Source: Euglena gracilis (lineage: Eukaryota). From it: DNA of 64,000 nt. Position 1 is the first letter of the stretch, and each line of letters opens with the position of its first letter. Where the stretch lies: assembly GCA_039621445.1 (NCBI GenBank), contig CP154954.1, positions 6,049,693 to 6,113,692 on the forward strand, read 5' to 3'. Under the pieces are notes generated by a model. That model was not told the origin of the DNA. It made no database searches and saw only the letters and a list, made by a program, of their open reading frames with translations. Positions 1 through 38,584 of the stretch are shown here, piece after piece. Both the position numbers and the translations under genes were made by a program.

Positions 1-1599
1 GGTAGGGGGGGCAGGACACTTTCGACCCCCGGAGGGGTCAGGTTTTTGGGGTGTTTCTGTTATTGAGCCCACGGCGCGGGGGCCTGAAAATGGTCATTTT
101 CAAGGGAAAATTGGAAAGTTGGTAAGCACCGGGACACAACGCCGAGCTCCGGAGGTTGGGGGTTTCTGTGGGACGGCAACCCATGGCACAAGGCTACCCC
201 CCCTCTCCCCCAGGTTGGAAAAAAGAAGCCTGCCGTATGCGCATTTGAGCGAATAGTCCCTTTGCGCGATTGTGCAACCAACATTTTAAGTCGAAGTCAA
301 TGGTATCGTCCAGCGCTCGGTCTCACCTGCCCCAAATCGCTCCGGCAACTCTCCCGAAACTAGGTTGCTCGTTATGGATTTGCGTCTTGTAAACCCCGCA
401 GGTGCATATGCAAGTGTCTTGTCCATTGCCTCGGGTATCTGGTGCAACAACTGAGACACTTTTTTGACCAACTCAGATGTACTGTACAAACACTTCCACT
501 TATGAACGCCACTCACAGAACGCCGCTCCCCACTAGGGTGTTTTTATCGACCCCCCCGCTCACAGAGGTTCCAGCTCAGAGGCTGGAACATCTGGCTGAC
601 CCCCCTCCACCCCCCCCCAGGGGTCCGGGGTCCGGGGTCGAACCAGGTACCAAAAAGAATCGAAACTGCAAAAATGTCCAAAAAAACTGACAATTACTTC
701 TCAGCCCTTTTCCAACCCATTTTCGCCCATTTTTGACCTATTTTGTGGTCAAAAATGTCGAAATTCCAGAGGAGCATTGAATCTTCTCGATAAAACCCCA
801 TCAGGGTCGAACACCAAGCCGCACTCTGTAACAATGAGGGAGTTGTAAGTGGGGCAGGATTTGACACACTGAAATCCAGACTTTCCTGGATTCTGTAGTC
901 TTCCTTATTCTGCAGTTAGCTGTGCAGATTATTCAAAGGCCATTGTTTTCTTTCTTTCACGGTTTGGGAGACACAGTGGAGTGCAACTGAGGACATTTCA
1001 TCCGTCGGGGGAATTTTTTCCACGCAAAACATATTACTGGCAATGCAGACTCCCCAGCAACGGTTGAAGAATACACCCATGTTCAACTCCGCACTTCAGG
1101 CAGCAATGAATTATGAGAGCCCTAACTTGCCGCAAACCAAGAACACAATTGAGCACGTGAACCCTTGCTGGTGCCCACTGGAGCCAGTGTGATTGGGTCG
1201 CAGAGGATTTGTGCCAACGGCGCACCCGTCGCAGGGCAGGAGGCTGTGTTGGCCGGAACACAGGATTGGCAAACAGGAGGCAATTACTGCCATTCGCCCC
1301 CCCCCCCCCGACACCATGGACATGGTAGAGATATCTAGATAGACAGAGCATGGACATGGCCATGCTCAGGCCGTGGCTTGGCGTGTACCGGCCCAAATGC
1401 CTGCCCAACACCCTCCCCGTGTCTCGCCACGGCTACACTGTACACCGCACTGATGCTCGCGCAGTCCCCTGCCCTGCCACGCTCCATCCGCCAATGGACT
1501 GTGGGGGGAGGGCAGCCCACAGCTCTTGGATGGCACGCGGAGCTGCAGTGGCAAGCGGAAGCCGGCGGACCGCACTGGTCAGTGAGAGGGCAGGGGAGG

Positions 1600-27148
<25,549 letters not shown>

Positions 27149-27853
27149 CTTGCACCACCCCCCCCCCCAAATGGCAAGGGGCTTTTGGATCTGGCAGATG
27201 TCAATCAAGGTCCAAAAAATGACCACAACTGGAAAAAAAATTGTTCCACATCTCCAAATTCACATGTTGCATTTCTTTTCTTCTGGGGGGGGGGCAATAA
27301 TTTAACAACCATTTTGAAGGTCGATTAGGACTTCTACCTCCCCGCACTCTTGAGCTAATTGAAAGAGGTCTTCTGGGGGGCTGAACAACGCCATTTGGGG
27401 TCATTTCAGGGCCATTTTGAACAATTATGGACGATTATTGGACATTTTCAACCATTTCCAAAGTGACCCAAGGTCCACAAAAATGCAAGCAAGTTCTCCA
27501 AAATAATTGGGAAAGACCATCGTTTCGTTCCGCACTTAAAGCTTGCGACGAACGAACTCGTGGCGGAGGTCGGCGTTAGTTTTTGAACCCCCACCGAGTC
27601 CTGAGGTCCAGGACAGCCCGATTCGGTCTGTCACCACACCCGCTGACGGGACTCCATTGCGCATTTGCACAACCGCGCTGTTTGAAACTCATCTCGCGAC
27701 GCAGGGAGAGAACGGCTGTCGCAGAGTATGAACACCAGAGGGGATAGAGCACAGTGGGGGACGGGTGGATGGAAGCCTTCTCTCGGCAATGTTGTCTCAA
27801 AATTGGGTAAACATTGCGCATCTGCGAAACAGCCACGCTGACATGGAATTGAA

Positions 27854-27903
27854 ATGAGATGAGATGAGAGATGAGATGAGATGAGATGAGATGAGATGAG
27901 ATG
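27854..27903. repeat. (GAGAT)n microsatellite
   Basis: Seen directly. Confidence 0.92.
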
Positions 27904-29331
27904 CTTCCAGACCACTCTCTCTCCGCCCAAAGCGATATAAATATGAAATTTAGGATGGGTAACCACTGCGCATCTACGCAATGGGCACCCTCATGTAGGT
28001 TGTGTCCGGCAGTGGGCTCATCAACACCCACAACCCCGGCACCCAGGTGGTTCCCTACTGTGAACTACTGCAACCCTCCTCCCGCTTCAACCTCCAAGGG
28101 ATCAAACTCTCTGGCACGCCGTTCTTGAAGCTCCTCAGCAACATGGTGCGTTGATTCCACCCTGTAGACGACTCAGCAGATAACCCTTTACGGACATTTT
28201 GCAGAGCCTAAAACAAGCCAAATTTCACCTGGACTGTGCAACGCTGTCTGGGGAACACAGCCGGGGCTTCGAAAGCGAGGGACTGGCAACGGGGGGTTTG
28301 GCCCTTTTGGGGGGGGGGGGTGAATTCACATCTCCCAGAGTCGAAACCCGGGGGTTTGAACTTTTCTTTAACGAAAACTGCGATTTCCCCAATTCTCCCG
28401 CAATTTTTCCGCAATTTTCCCGCAATTTTTCTGACATTGATTTTCCCCCTGGGGACAGTCCAGGGCCATGGAGTTGGGCCAGTGACCAGACAACAGACAG
28501 TTGTTCTGGATGAGACCCCCGAACAGAATTTGTTGACACCAGAAACGACTGGTCGTGAACAGTTTTTGCCATCCCGGGAAAAAAAAAGAGCAATCAACGT
28601 TTTTAGGCGGTGTCTTATGATTTGGTCAGCCATCCACTTCGAAAATGCTTTCCTGAAGTCGAGGTTCCAGGGGCCAGCAGCACATCTTCAAGAGCAGCGC
28701 GCGACTTGAATTAAGATTCAAATCGAACGAACAATCGACTAATTGACTGGTCGTACCGACCTCATCCAGGGAACCACTTTTGGAGGTGAACTTTGGGTTC
28801 AAAAAGATTTTCTTCGCTTTGTGTCAAAAAAAAGGCCTAAATGACCAAAAGGCTGCCTCCGGCGGGGAACCCAAAAATCCCTTTGGGGTAAAACCCTCCC
28901 CCCAAACAATACCCCCCCAGAAAGCCCCCCCTTGGGGTCCGACCTCCGCGACCGTATTAATCCCCCCCCCCCCGGTTTCGGCCGAAGGCCCAGATTTTGA
29001 TCTGAAAATACAGGTAAAAATCACAATCTCTAAAAAAAAAAAATCGATTTTTCTGGATCATCTGACCTCCAAAAAAAAAATGGTAAATTTCATAAGAAAG
29101 TGCAAAAAATGACCCCAAAGGGTTTTTTGGCTCCTTCGGTACTTCGAAAAATTTCGAAAAATTTTGGGTGCTATTACCCCTCTCCAAATAATACCCACCC
29201 GCGTAAGGCGGGGACTGCGGGCGAAAAAATAATACCCGGGGGGCATTATTTGGGGGGTTTACCCCCCCCCCTTTATTTGACCCCCCCCTTAATTGAGCAT
29301 TTGGGTCCGGGGAAAAAAAATTTTTCATGCA

Positions 29332-29988
29332 GGGAATTTCATTGGCCGAGCCAAAAAAACCCCTCGTCGGCCGGGGCCGAGGGACAATATGGGGGGGGGG
29401 GGGGTGGTATTCCTAATTTTTGGTGCCAAACCCCCATTTTCATGGGGCCCCCCCCCGGGGTACCACCCCCTCACTTTTATTTGAGCACACCCACAGGCCA
29501 AAGAACCCCCAAATGCTCAAATAAGGGGAGGAAAAATACCCCCCCCCCTCATTGTCCCACCGACCTCCCCCCGGGAGGCCCGACCGGACAATATGGGGGG
29601 GGGGGACAATATGGGGGTACCAAAGGAATTTCATTGGCCGAGCCAAAAAAAACCTCCCGTCGGCCGGGGCCGAGGGACAATATGGGGGGGGACAATATGG
29701 GGGGGGGGGGTAAAGGGGGGTCAAAAATTCCGGGGGGAGGTCGGTGGGACAATAAGGGGGGGGGGGGGTATTTGACCCCCCCCTTATTTGAGCATTTGGG
29801 GGTCCTTTGGCCCGTGGGTGTGCTCAAATATAAGGGAGGGGGTGGTACCCCGGGGGGGGGGGCACATGAAAATAGGGGTTTGGCACCAAAAATTAGGAAT
29901 ACCACCCCCCCCCCATATTGTCCCCCCCCCATATTGTCCCTCGGCCCGGCCGACGAGGGGTTTTTTTGGCTCGGTCAATGAAATTTCC
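29332..29988. repeat. Long inverted repeat (foldback element)
   Basis: 29332-29530 is close to the reverse complement of 29778-29988; related sequence at 39805-39990. Confidence 0.8.
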
Positions 29989-32900
29989 TTTGGTACCCCC
30001 ATATTGTCCCCCCCCCATATTGTCCCGGCGGGCCTCCTGGGGAGAGGTCGGTGGGACAATATGGGGGGGGGGGTATCGAGCATTTCTGTCAAAAAAGTCC
30101 TTTCAAACAAATTACCTGCAATTTCAATGATATTTTCTTTAAAAAAAAGAACAGATGTTTTTTTTTAAAAAAAAATCAACAAGTTTTTGTTAGGAAAAAA
30201 AACTGGTCCAAACTCAAAATAACCTGGTCCTCACCCTCGCTTGTAGGGACACCTTACGCAAAACGCAGAGCCTCTTCCTCCAGACGAAAAACTCAGCGAA
30301 CATTCTTCGGTTTTCCGTGTTTGAGTGCTGCGGTTTCCAAAATGTGTTGGCAATTGCACCACTGTCCAACAGAAAATCATACAGACAAAACAATGGTTTT
30401 GATGGTGCCCTCCTTTTTCACAAATGCAAATTGAGGGGCGAAATTCAAATTTATCTGGTGATAAGGTGTCCTGGGCATGTGGATACTTTGCACATTTCGC
30501 AAATTTTGCGCATTTTGCATCTGCGTTTCCAAGGAATGCATGCAAACAGTTTGAAATTAGGTCAAAAATGCCCTGGTTGAGTGATAAAAATATTTGGTAC
30601 CCAGGGGTCTTCAAAAAAAAACATTGAACCGGGGGATCAAAACAATTCAAGATGGAATTGGGGGATGGTCATGTTTTTGGTTGCGAGGAGAGAACAGGTG
30701 TGCTCACAAGGTCTGTTCATCTTCAACATCTCCCTCCTCATTCTCCTTCACCTCTCCATCGACAGTTGGCTCGCTGGGGCAAGAGACCCCCGCTGCCATC
30801 TACATTCCAGTTAGTGGAAAGCAACATCCGTGCAACATAAAAATGTTATGACAAAAATCACCTGTGGAACAAAAAAGCTCCAAACCGGTTGATTCCTTCT
30901 GGGTTTGTTTTTGTGACATTTTTGTTCCATTTTCAAACATTTTTTTGGTTCTTAACCTTTTTCTTTAAAAAAAATATCTCATCTCTTTCAGGTCTCCTTT
31001 CTCCTTTCTCCCCCCTATGCAATGGAAATTTGGGACCCTTCATTTTCATGCCAGCATGATGCCCGTAAAAAGCCATTTTGGACGCTAAAGGGGAAAACTT
31101 GGGCGGTCCAAAAATGGCAAAAAAAATGGCCAAAATTTTGGACGATTTTGGCAAAAAATAACAACCAATATTTTTCACCATCACGGTCATTTCCTTTGAC
31201 CAACACCCCCCCAAGCTTTTCAGACCAGGTTTTGCGTGGAGCTGAGCTCTTTTGCCGGGGGGGGGGGGGGCAACATGGACCCTCAAAAAAGGAGGCGCAA
31301 AAAACCACAAATAAACACAAAAAAACACAAAAAAAACACAAAAAAATGCAAATTCCATGTAAAATCCTTCAGGAGCTCCCCCAGGATGAGCACTGCTCCA
31401 CTGGAGAGGACTGGGATGAGTTTTCCACTTTGCTAGGGAAAATTACATTTTGCCTGAAAATGAGCTTTATTAAACAAAAAAAATGGTAAAAATGGCAAAA
31501 ATTTGACAAATTTTTTGGTCTCGAGGAATTTATCATCCAACTCCAAATCCAACAATCGCTGGGAAAGAAAAACACAAGCACAAAAAAAGAAAATTTTGCC
31601 AAAATCGAAAAAACGTGTATGAAACGAAAAACACATTTGCGTTCCCCCCTGCTGTAACCTCGCCGGCGGTGGGTATGGGGGTGTGGGGGGGGAATGGGTG
31701 AACTTCACCGGTGAACTTCACCACCGAAAAGTGCCCCAGTGAACGTTCACCGGGGGGTCTACAGCCTCCCCCCCCCCTGTACTGCCTAACCTCCAGCGCT
31801 GTGCGATGTGGCTGAGTTCTGTGGGTGCCAAGTGAAAGGTCTTGGGGGGATTGCTCAATTGATATGCTAAATGGTACCTGAACCGTGGGATTTGACAAAT
31901 TTAGATCGAAATTTACAATCGCTGAAAATAAGAGCTCTATGCCTTATGGCTGAATTATGTGGCCATCTGTCGAAAGCCCTTGAGAAGCGCTTTCGATTGA
32001 TGGGTAACATGGCTTCAGAAGTGTGAAATCTACCAATTTCGGCGACCAATTCCGGCCAAAATCGCCCATAAGTGTCCCAAACATGGGTATTTGGGGGGAA
32101 ATTGGCTGTGAATCCTTGGCCGCCAGTTCGGGCGTGAAGCCGGAACCCTCAAGACGCGATTTCAAAAAACTGTGTCCAGGACCCCGGTTCGGGCTTCTGC
32201 CCAAACCGGCGTCCTGGACACGGCGATTCCGAAAATGCACATAGGATCAGGGATAATTTTTTTCAAGTTAAACCCCCACCCCACACCCCCCACTGAGGTT
32301 TGTGGAGGCAGCAGTTTTTGCAATGTATGCCCGGACCCGCCCCACTCGAACTCGACTGGTCCGGTTGAGTCGTAACTCGAAAGGGGGGGGTCCCGTGGGA
32401 CCCCCCCTCCCCTGCCTGGGCTCCGAGATGTGTTGGGGGGGAGTATGGGGAAGGGGGAGGGGATGGGGGTGGGTGTGGCTTTTGTTTTTTTAAGCCGGCG
32501 TTTGAGACGCCGGGTTCAGGACAGAACTGGCGTCCCCTCCCACGGGTTTTCCGGACGCCGGTTCTGTCCTAAAGCCCGGCGTTAGGAACGCCGGTTTTGT
32601 CCAAAGCCCGGCGTCCGGTTTTCATTCCTAAAAATGTCACCAAAAGTGCCCAAAAGTGGCCCTAAGTTGCGGGTATGACTGTTTCAACCATCTAGGACAA
32701 TGAACTTTGCCATCTGGGGCAGGGTTGGCGTTTTTTTTGTTTTTTTTAAAAAAAACATGTTTTTTTTTAAAAAAAAACGCAAAAAAAAACATGTTTTTTT
32801 TGAAAAAGCAAAAATTGACCTTTTTCTTTTGCGAAATCGCCATTTTTTGAGGAAAATTTTTCGGGTGTGGTTCGGGTGACGGGGGGGTCACGGGGGAGGG

Positions 32901-34881
32901 GGGTCACGGGGGAACACCACATTTTCGGTGGGCAAATTAGGAATCTCCGAAAACGAATTTTGGGGGGGAAATCCTTTTTGGCTCCAAATTAGGAATCCCT
33001 CAACCTAAAATTAGTATTTTGACACCAAATTAGGCATCACCAGTCTAAATTTTGCAAAATTTATGCCTCAAAATTAGGAATCTACCTGAATATTTGTCAA
33101 ATTAGGCTTTCACCGACCAAGTTTCTTTCAAAAAAAAACATTGCAAAAAATTTTCCGCCAAACCCTCCATGACGTTTTTTTTTGTTTTTTTTAAAAAACA
33201 TATTTTTTTTTAAAAAAAACAATTTTTTTTGTTTCAAAAAAAACAAGCCGTCAACCTTGATCTGGGGACCAGTGGGGTGGACATCCAAATTTGGTGGAAA
33301 TTGGCCCAGATTTGGAAATAGAGTACCGTGCAGTGTGGAAAGATCTGATGAGCACCGCTGGTCGTCTGTTGAAAAGAGCTTTCAATCGAGGGGTAACTTG
33401 GTACCCAAACGTTGCAAGCAGCCCGAGATACGCTCGCGATCGTCGGATCGGCCAGAATCTGAGTCGAAACTTGTGGTAATTTTCAGTGATTTTTGGTTTG
33501 AGATGCTGAATAAACCTTACAGAAACGTTTTTCTCTTCAAATCGACCATCTGAGGGGTCCTAGGGGGCACCAGAGTTTTGAAATTAGGGTTTCCCGGTGA
33601 CAGAAAATAAGAGCTCCAGGCGGCGTGGCTGAATTTGGTGGTGATCGCCAGTCGTCTGATAAAAAGAGGGTGAGTTTGTACTGGGACGATTGACACAGCC
33701 AGAAATACCTACCGATCGCCGGAATTCGGTGAAATGCAAAATGGCGTGACATTGTGGTCCTGGGAGTGTCCTTTGACCGAAGGTTGGGGACGCCGGTTCT
33801 GTCCTGAACCCGGCGTCTCTAAAAACGCCGCTTTAAACAAGGGGTGGCTGACGCCGGTTCTGTCCAAAGCCCGGCGTTCCGGACGCCTGTTCCGTCCGAA
33901 GGCCGGACCCGGCGTCCGGAACGCCGGACTTTGGACAGACCCGGCGTCCGCCACCCCTTTTTTGTTGTATGCTTGTTTTGGCGTTTTTTTTCTTCAAAAA
34001 AAAACATATTATTTTGTTCTTTTTTTAAAAAAAACACCAACTATGGATTGATGATTGGTTGATGAAATTGGTTTCATCTCCAAACCAAAAAAAGCCACCC
34101 TTTTTACGAGGTACCACCTCCCCCCCCCTAATTGACTGTGGGACCTCTCCACGGGACCCCCCTTTTGGTCAATTGGGGGGGTCAATTGGGGGGGGGTGCC
34201 GTCAATTAAGGGGGGGTACCGTCAAATAAGGGGTGCTTCAGCACGGAATCCCCAATTAGGGGGGGGGGGTTAAAAAATTCCCCGGGGCGTTTGGTCAATT
34301 GGGGGTTCAATTAGGGGGGGGACTGATCAAAAATTGACGCCCCCACTAGCAAATCCCCCCACGCCTGGGGAAATTTCATTGAAAACCCTCGTCGTGGAAC
34401 ACACATACTTCGATCCTACCAAATTCAAAAACTGCAAAAAAAATGTCAAAAAAAAACATCCAAAAATGAAAAAAATGCATTTTTTTTACTCTTTTCTTTT
34501 TTTTGTGTAAAGAAGTTCTTGGCAGAAATGACCCAAAAGTTGCCAAAAATGATTGAAAATGTGCATTGAAAAAATTTTACGTGCGAAACCTCGTGGGCGT
34601 TTTTTTCCTGTTTTTTTATAAAAAAAATGGTTGTTAAAATTACCATGACCCCCCCCCTTACTGTTTTGGTTGACATGCTTGAAAATTGCACCTCCACAAC
34701 ATCCATTTTGGCATTGGGTTGGATTTTGGTGGGATTGAGAGCAACTAAAACCGACCAAAAAATCTCCTTTTGCCTTGTGTTCCGAGAATCTTTTAAAAAA
34801 AAGTGCTATGGGGGTTGGGGACGCGGGGGGGACGCGGGGGGGGGGGGGGGGGCGGGGGGGGACGCGGGTCTGGGTACCATG

Positions 34882-35491
34882 TAGCATTGGGTATCTTTCG
34901 AAAGATTGGGAAAATATATTTCATTTCAGAAATATTTCAACAACATTTCAGAAATATTTCGAAAGATGAAAAATATTTCCCCCATTTTTGCAACCATGAA
35001 GGATCCACATACCATACCCCCCCCCTAGTTAGTCACCCCCCCCCAGTTAGTCACCCCCCCCTATTAGTCACCCTTGGGCCCCAGACGAATTTTTTTTCGA
35101 AGGGAAATATTATTCTTTTAAAAAAAACACCGAATTTGGCCATCGGAATTTTTTTTATGGTTACCATCCATGAAAAGTGCCCTGGAATGCCCAAAAACAA
35201 CCTTGAAACCCCCAAGAATTGGGCAGGGGGCAAAATTTGGGCATAAATTGCCCCCCCCCCCCCGAGTGAGCACCCCCCCCCCTGCTAGTCACCCTTGGCC
35301 AAATTCCCCTCCCAAGGGGGTGACTAACTGGGGGGGGGGGGGGCACGGTAACCTCGCCATGCTTTCCCATTCAAGTGGATTGTCAGGAAGGGTCCATATT
35401 TCAAATCTTTCACCAAGGGTAAAATGTATTTCTGAAATTTCATGAAATATTTCAAGTGAAATATTTCAATATTTCTTTCGCCGCAATGCTA
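34882..35491. mobile_element. hAT-like MITE (TAGCATTG...CAATGCTA, 8-bp TSD) carrying a nested MITE
   Basis: TSD GTACCATG at 34874-34881 and 35492-35499; GAAATATTTC subterminal repeats. Confidence 0.8.
35010..35350. mobile_element. Nested MITE with TACCRT/ACGGTA-type termini
   Basis: Imperfect TIR TACCATACCCC...CTAGTTAGTCACCCC versus GGGGTGACTAACTGG...GCACGGTA. Confidence 0.6.
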
Positions 35492-35822
35492 GTACCATGC
35501 TGGTGTTTTTTTAAAAAAAAGTTTTTTGTTCTTTTTTATGAAAACAACAAAGAATGTGTGTTTTTCCTTCAAAATGGCAAAAAAAACGGGTTGTTTTTAA
35601 ATGCAGTTCTACAAGGCATTACCATCTCCTTGTTCTGCCCAACGCACCTTTGCACCCATTCTATTTCTTCTGTTTCTAGTTTTCTTTGGGTACTTGTTCG
35701 CTGTACGACCCCCACCCCCAAAACCACGACCCCCAAACGGCAGAGTCGAACCCTAACCCCAACCCTTATAGCAAAAACTGCGTCTTAGACGCAGACTCCG
35801 TCCCGAAAAAAACATGTTTCTT

Positions 35823-38584
35823 AAAAACGTGTTCAGCCCGCCAAATGCCTGCCCTGAAATTCGTGGTCATGAACACGTTTTCAATGAGGACATTTGTGGC
35901 AATGACACGTTTTCAGTGAAGGCATCTGTGTTCAGGCACGTTTTCAATGAGGGCATTTGTGGCAATGACACGTTTTCAGTGAAGGCATCTGTGTCCAGGC
36001 ACGTTTTCACTGAGGGCATCTATGGCAATCCCCAGCAAGAAAAATCGGCGTGCAAAATCGCAATCATGAAAAATCGGCGTGCGGTTGAGAGGCCGGGTGG
36101 TCCTCAACGGGTGAGGCGGGTCGGGGGCACTCTACAACACGAAGACGACAACAAGAAGGCTAGGTTGCCTTGGCACAACGACAGGGAAGGGGCGAAAATC
36201 ACGGCACACGACATGCTTTACACAAAAAAAGAGCCATACTTTGGTGGCCGCCGCAAATCTTGGCAATGAAAATGATATGCCAAACCGCAGGCGTCATAGA
36301 CAACTTGTTCAGCTCCACACAATTTGGATTTTTCGGAATGGCAACACCACAGAAACCACATTTCTCCTGTTTTATAGGCAGTCGGGACACAGCACGAGGC
36401 ACAGGGGGTTGGTCAGCGGAGGGAAAAGAGCTGACCGCAGGAGCGGAACGTTGCTCGGCGGTGGGAAAGACAGAGGGAACACTGGTTAGGTCCTGATTTT
36501 CGACCGAGTGTTCGTCACTTGGTGGGGCGCAAAAATTTGCCCAAGTTGACCACCGTGCAACGTTCCGCGCCGTAGCTGCACCGTCGTCGTCCTCCTCGGT
36601 TTTCAGGGTGACGGACGGCGGGCAGGCGGCCGAGGGTTGGGTGAGGTCGACGTAGTCTTCGTCAACGTTGATGGCAATCATGTGCTCACTGCGGAAGTGG
36701 TGACCATGAAATTTGAGGGTTTTTCTTTGGAAATACCTGGAAAATGGCGCGTATTCGGGCACATGCGGTGCAAAGAACTCCTCCTCGGTCATCAGTCTGT
36801 GGTGGATGACATAGGAACAGGGAAAAACATGCGTTTAGTACCCGATGGATTCAGCCTCTTTCTTCACGTCGGGAGTGGAGAGTTGCTGATCTGCTTTATC
36901 CTTCAAAGGCGCCCTGAGAGTTAATTAACAGGGATGAGAACGGAAAATTGAAACGTATAACACACGTCGTGCGCCGCCGTTTGGCCGATGCGCGAGAGAA
37001 AAGCACACGCCGCAACGGTTTCCCTTCGTGTTTGGTCTCACCACCGCCACTGTCGGCAACCTCACCCTTTGGTTCGGACTTTGTCCCCCGGGAAAGAATG
37101 GTGGCGGCTTTGACAGGGGTACTGCGTGACATTTGGTGGTAAATTTGGATGGTGTTGCGATGTACCATGAAGTACTTCGCGACATCATCCAGTGACAAGT
37201 CTGGCGCGTTGGCCAGTCTTGTCATCGCGGCTCTTCTGGCCACGTCTTTGAATGTCAACCGCCGGTCAACCTTGCTTGTTGCCCATGCAGCAACACCCCG
37301 GTACGTCTCCGGGGAGGTCTGCAGGGGTAACAAGGTGTTGATGGTGTATTTCGCGGAGTAACCAATTGCCATCCTTCCCGGGTGGAGCTTTTTCCACCAG
37401 CTACTTTTGTCGGCTGATTGCTGCAACCGGACACGACAGAGGATCGGATCCCTCAACGATCACCTGCCGCAGCAGAGCCGCATCCACCCGATCAAAAGCA
37501 GCTGGGTGATTCTTCATGGTTCCAATTGTTGCAGTCAACATTTTTCTGCCATCCACTGTAACCCCCTCTGAAGGAACCAACCTCCAGTCGACTCAACACC
37601 TCGCTGCGGAGGCCAGTGGTGAAACCCACCACCAGGATGTTCGCTCGTTGCGCCTCATAAGCGTTGGACCAGTTCACCCCCTTCAGCAACTGGTCCAACT
37701 CTTCAGGCTGCAACACGTCAGCTGGAGGCCGAACCGCCGTTGACACTGCCTTCCGTGCGCGTTCGCGCTCCAGGGAACGCGAAAACATCTCGTTGAAGTG
37801 GGGGAATTGGCGCTCTGAGGAAGGCAAAACTACTCCCTCGGGCGTTGTTGTGCGGAATCCCCGAGCGACGGCATTCAGGTATGTCCGAAAAGAGGTTGCC
37901 GAACGATTCCCTGAAACGAACAAAGTTCCCGACTGCTGCTCACGTTGAGCCACACATTGTTCAATGACGCTCGCCTCATCGAACAACAGGCTGGGTTCCA
38001 GCTCCCATCCCGTCCAGGCAACAAAGAAAGCATCCAGCTCAGGATAAGAGGCTTGCCGATGTTGACACAGTTTGGCGAACTCCAAACAGTTGGCAACAAC
38101 AAGCTCTGCACCCACGGAGCCGGACTTTTTCTTTGTGTTGCCCTGTGCCAGCAAGGTGCCATGAAGGGGGTCAACCTTCGGCTTCTTGGCATCTTGCTGG
38201 TATACCGCGAGAGCAGCCAGGAACAGTTCCGTCCTAGGGGGTGGTGGCAAAAGACCATTCACAAAGTTTGCCGTGCGTTTGGCCATATTGGCAGGGCTGC
38301 GGGAAAAAGGAAAAAAGAAAAAAGGGGGGGGTGACACGTTTTCAGTGAAGGCATTTGTGACAATGACACGTTTTCAATGAAGGCATCTGTGTTCAGGCAC
38401 GTTTTCAGTGAGGGCATTTGTGGCAATGACACGTTTTCAGTTAAGGCATCTGTGTTCAGGCACGTTTTCAATGAGGGCGCCGTTTTTTTGGGTCCGAATT
38501 TCACAAATTCGCATTTTTGACCCCTTGCGTGAATCATGACCACGAATTTCAGGGTAGGCATTTGGCGGGCTCTGAACACGTTTT
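35823..38584. mobile_element. Inverted-repeat-bounded unit holding the YR-PHD cassette and ACACGTTTTCA tandem arrays
   Basis: About 50-bp inverted repeats at 35823-35871 and 38534-38584; same-orientation arrays at 35870-36029 and 38332-38478. Confidence 0.7.
36199..38286 (-). pseudogene. Crypton-like tyrosine recombinase with downstream PHD finger, disrupted by frameshifts and a stop
   Basis: Reading across frameshifts gives SFRTYLNAVAR, GFTTGLRSE (catalytic R), TMKNHP (K), DPLSCPV and TFKDVARRAAMTRL..YFMVH..IQIY (R/H/Y), then CGFC...DACGLAYHFHC..PPKYG..LCKAC (PHD-like). Confidence 0.8.

Noticed and set aside
27576-27730. Possible first exon or start codon of RAB3GAP1
   Set aside because: No homology or convincing splice signal supports any particular ATG.
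29100-29981. 293-aa Gly/Pro-rich ORF
   Set aside because: It arises from homopolymer-rich foldback repeats and has no domain motifs.
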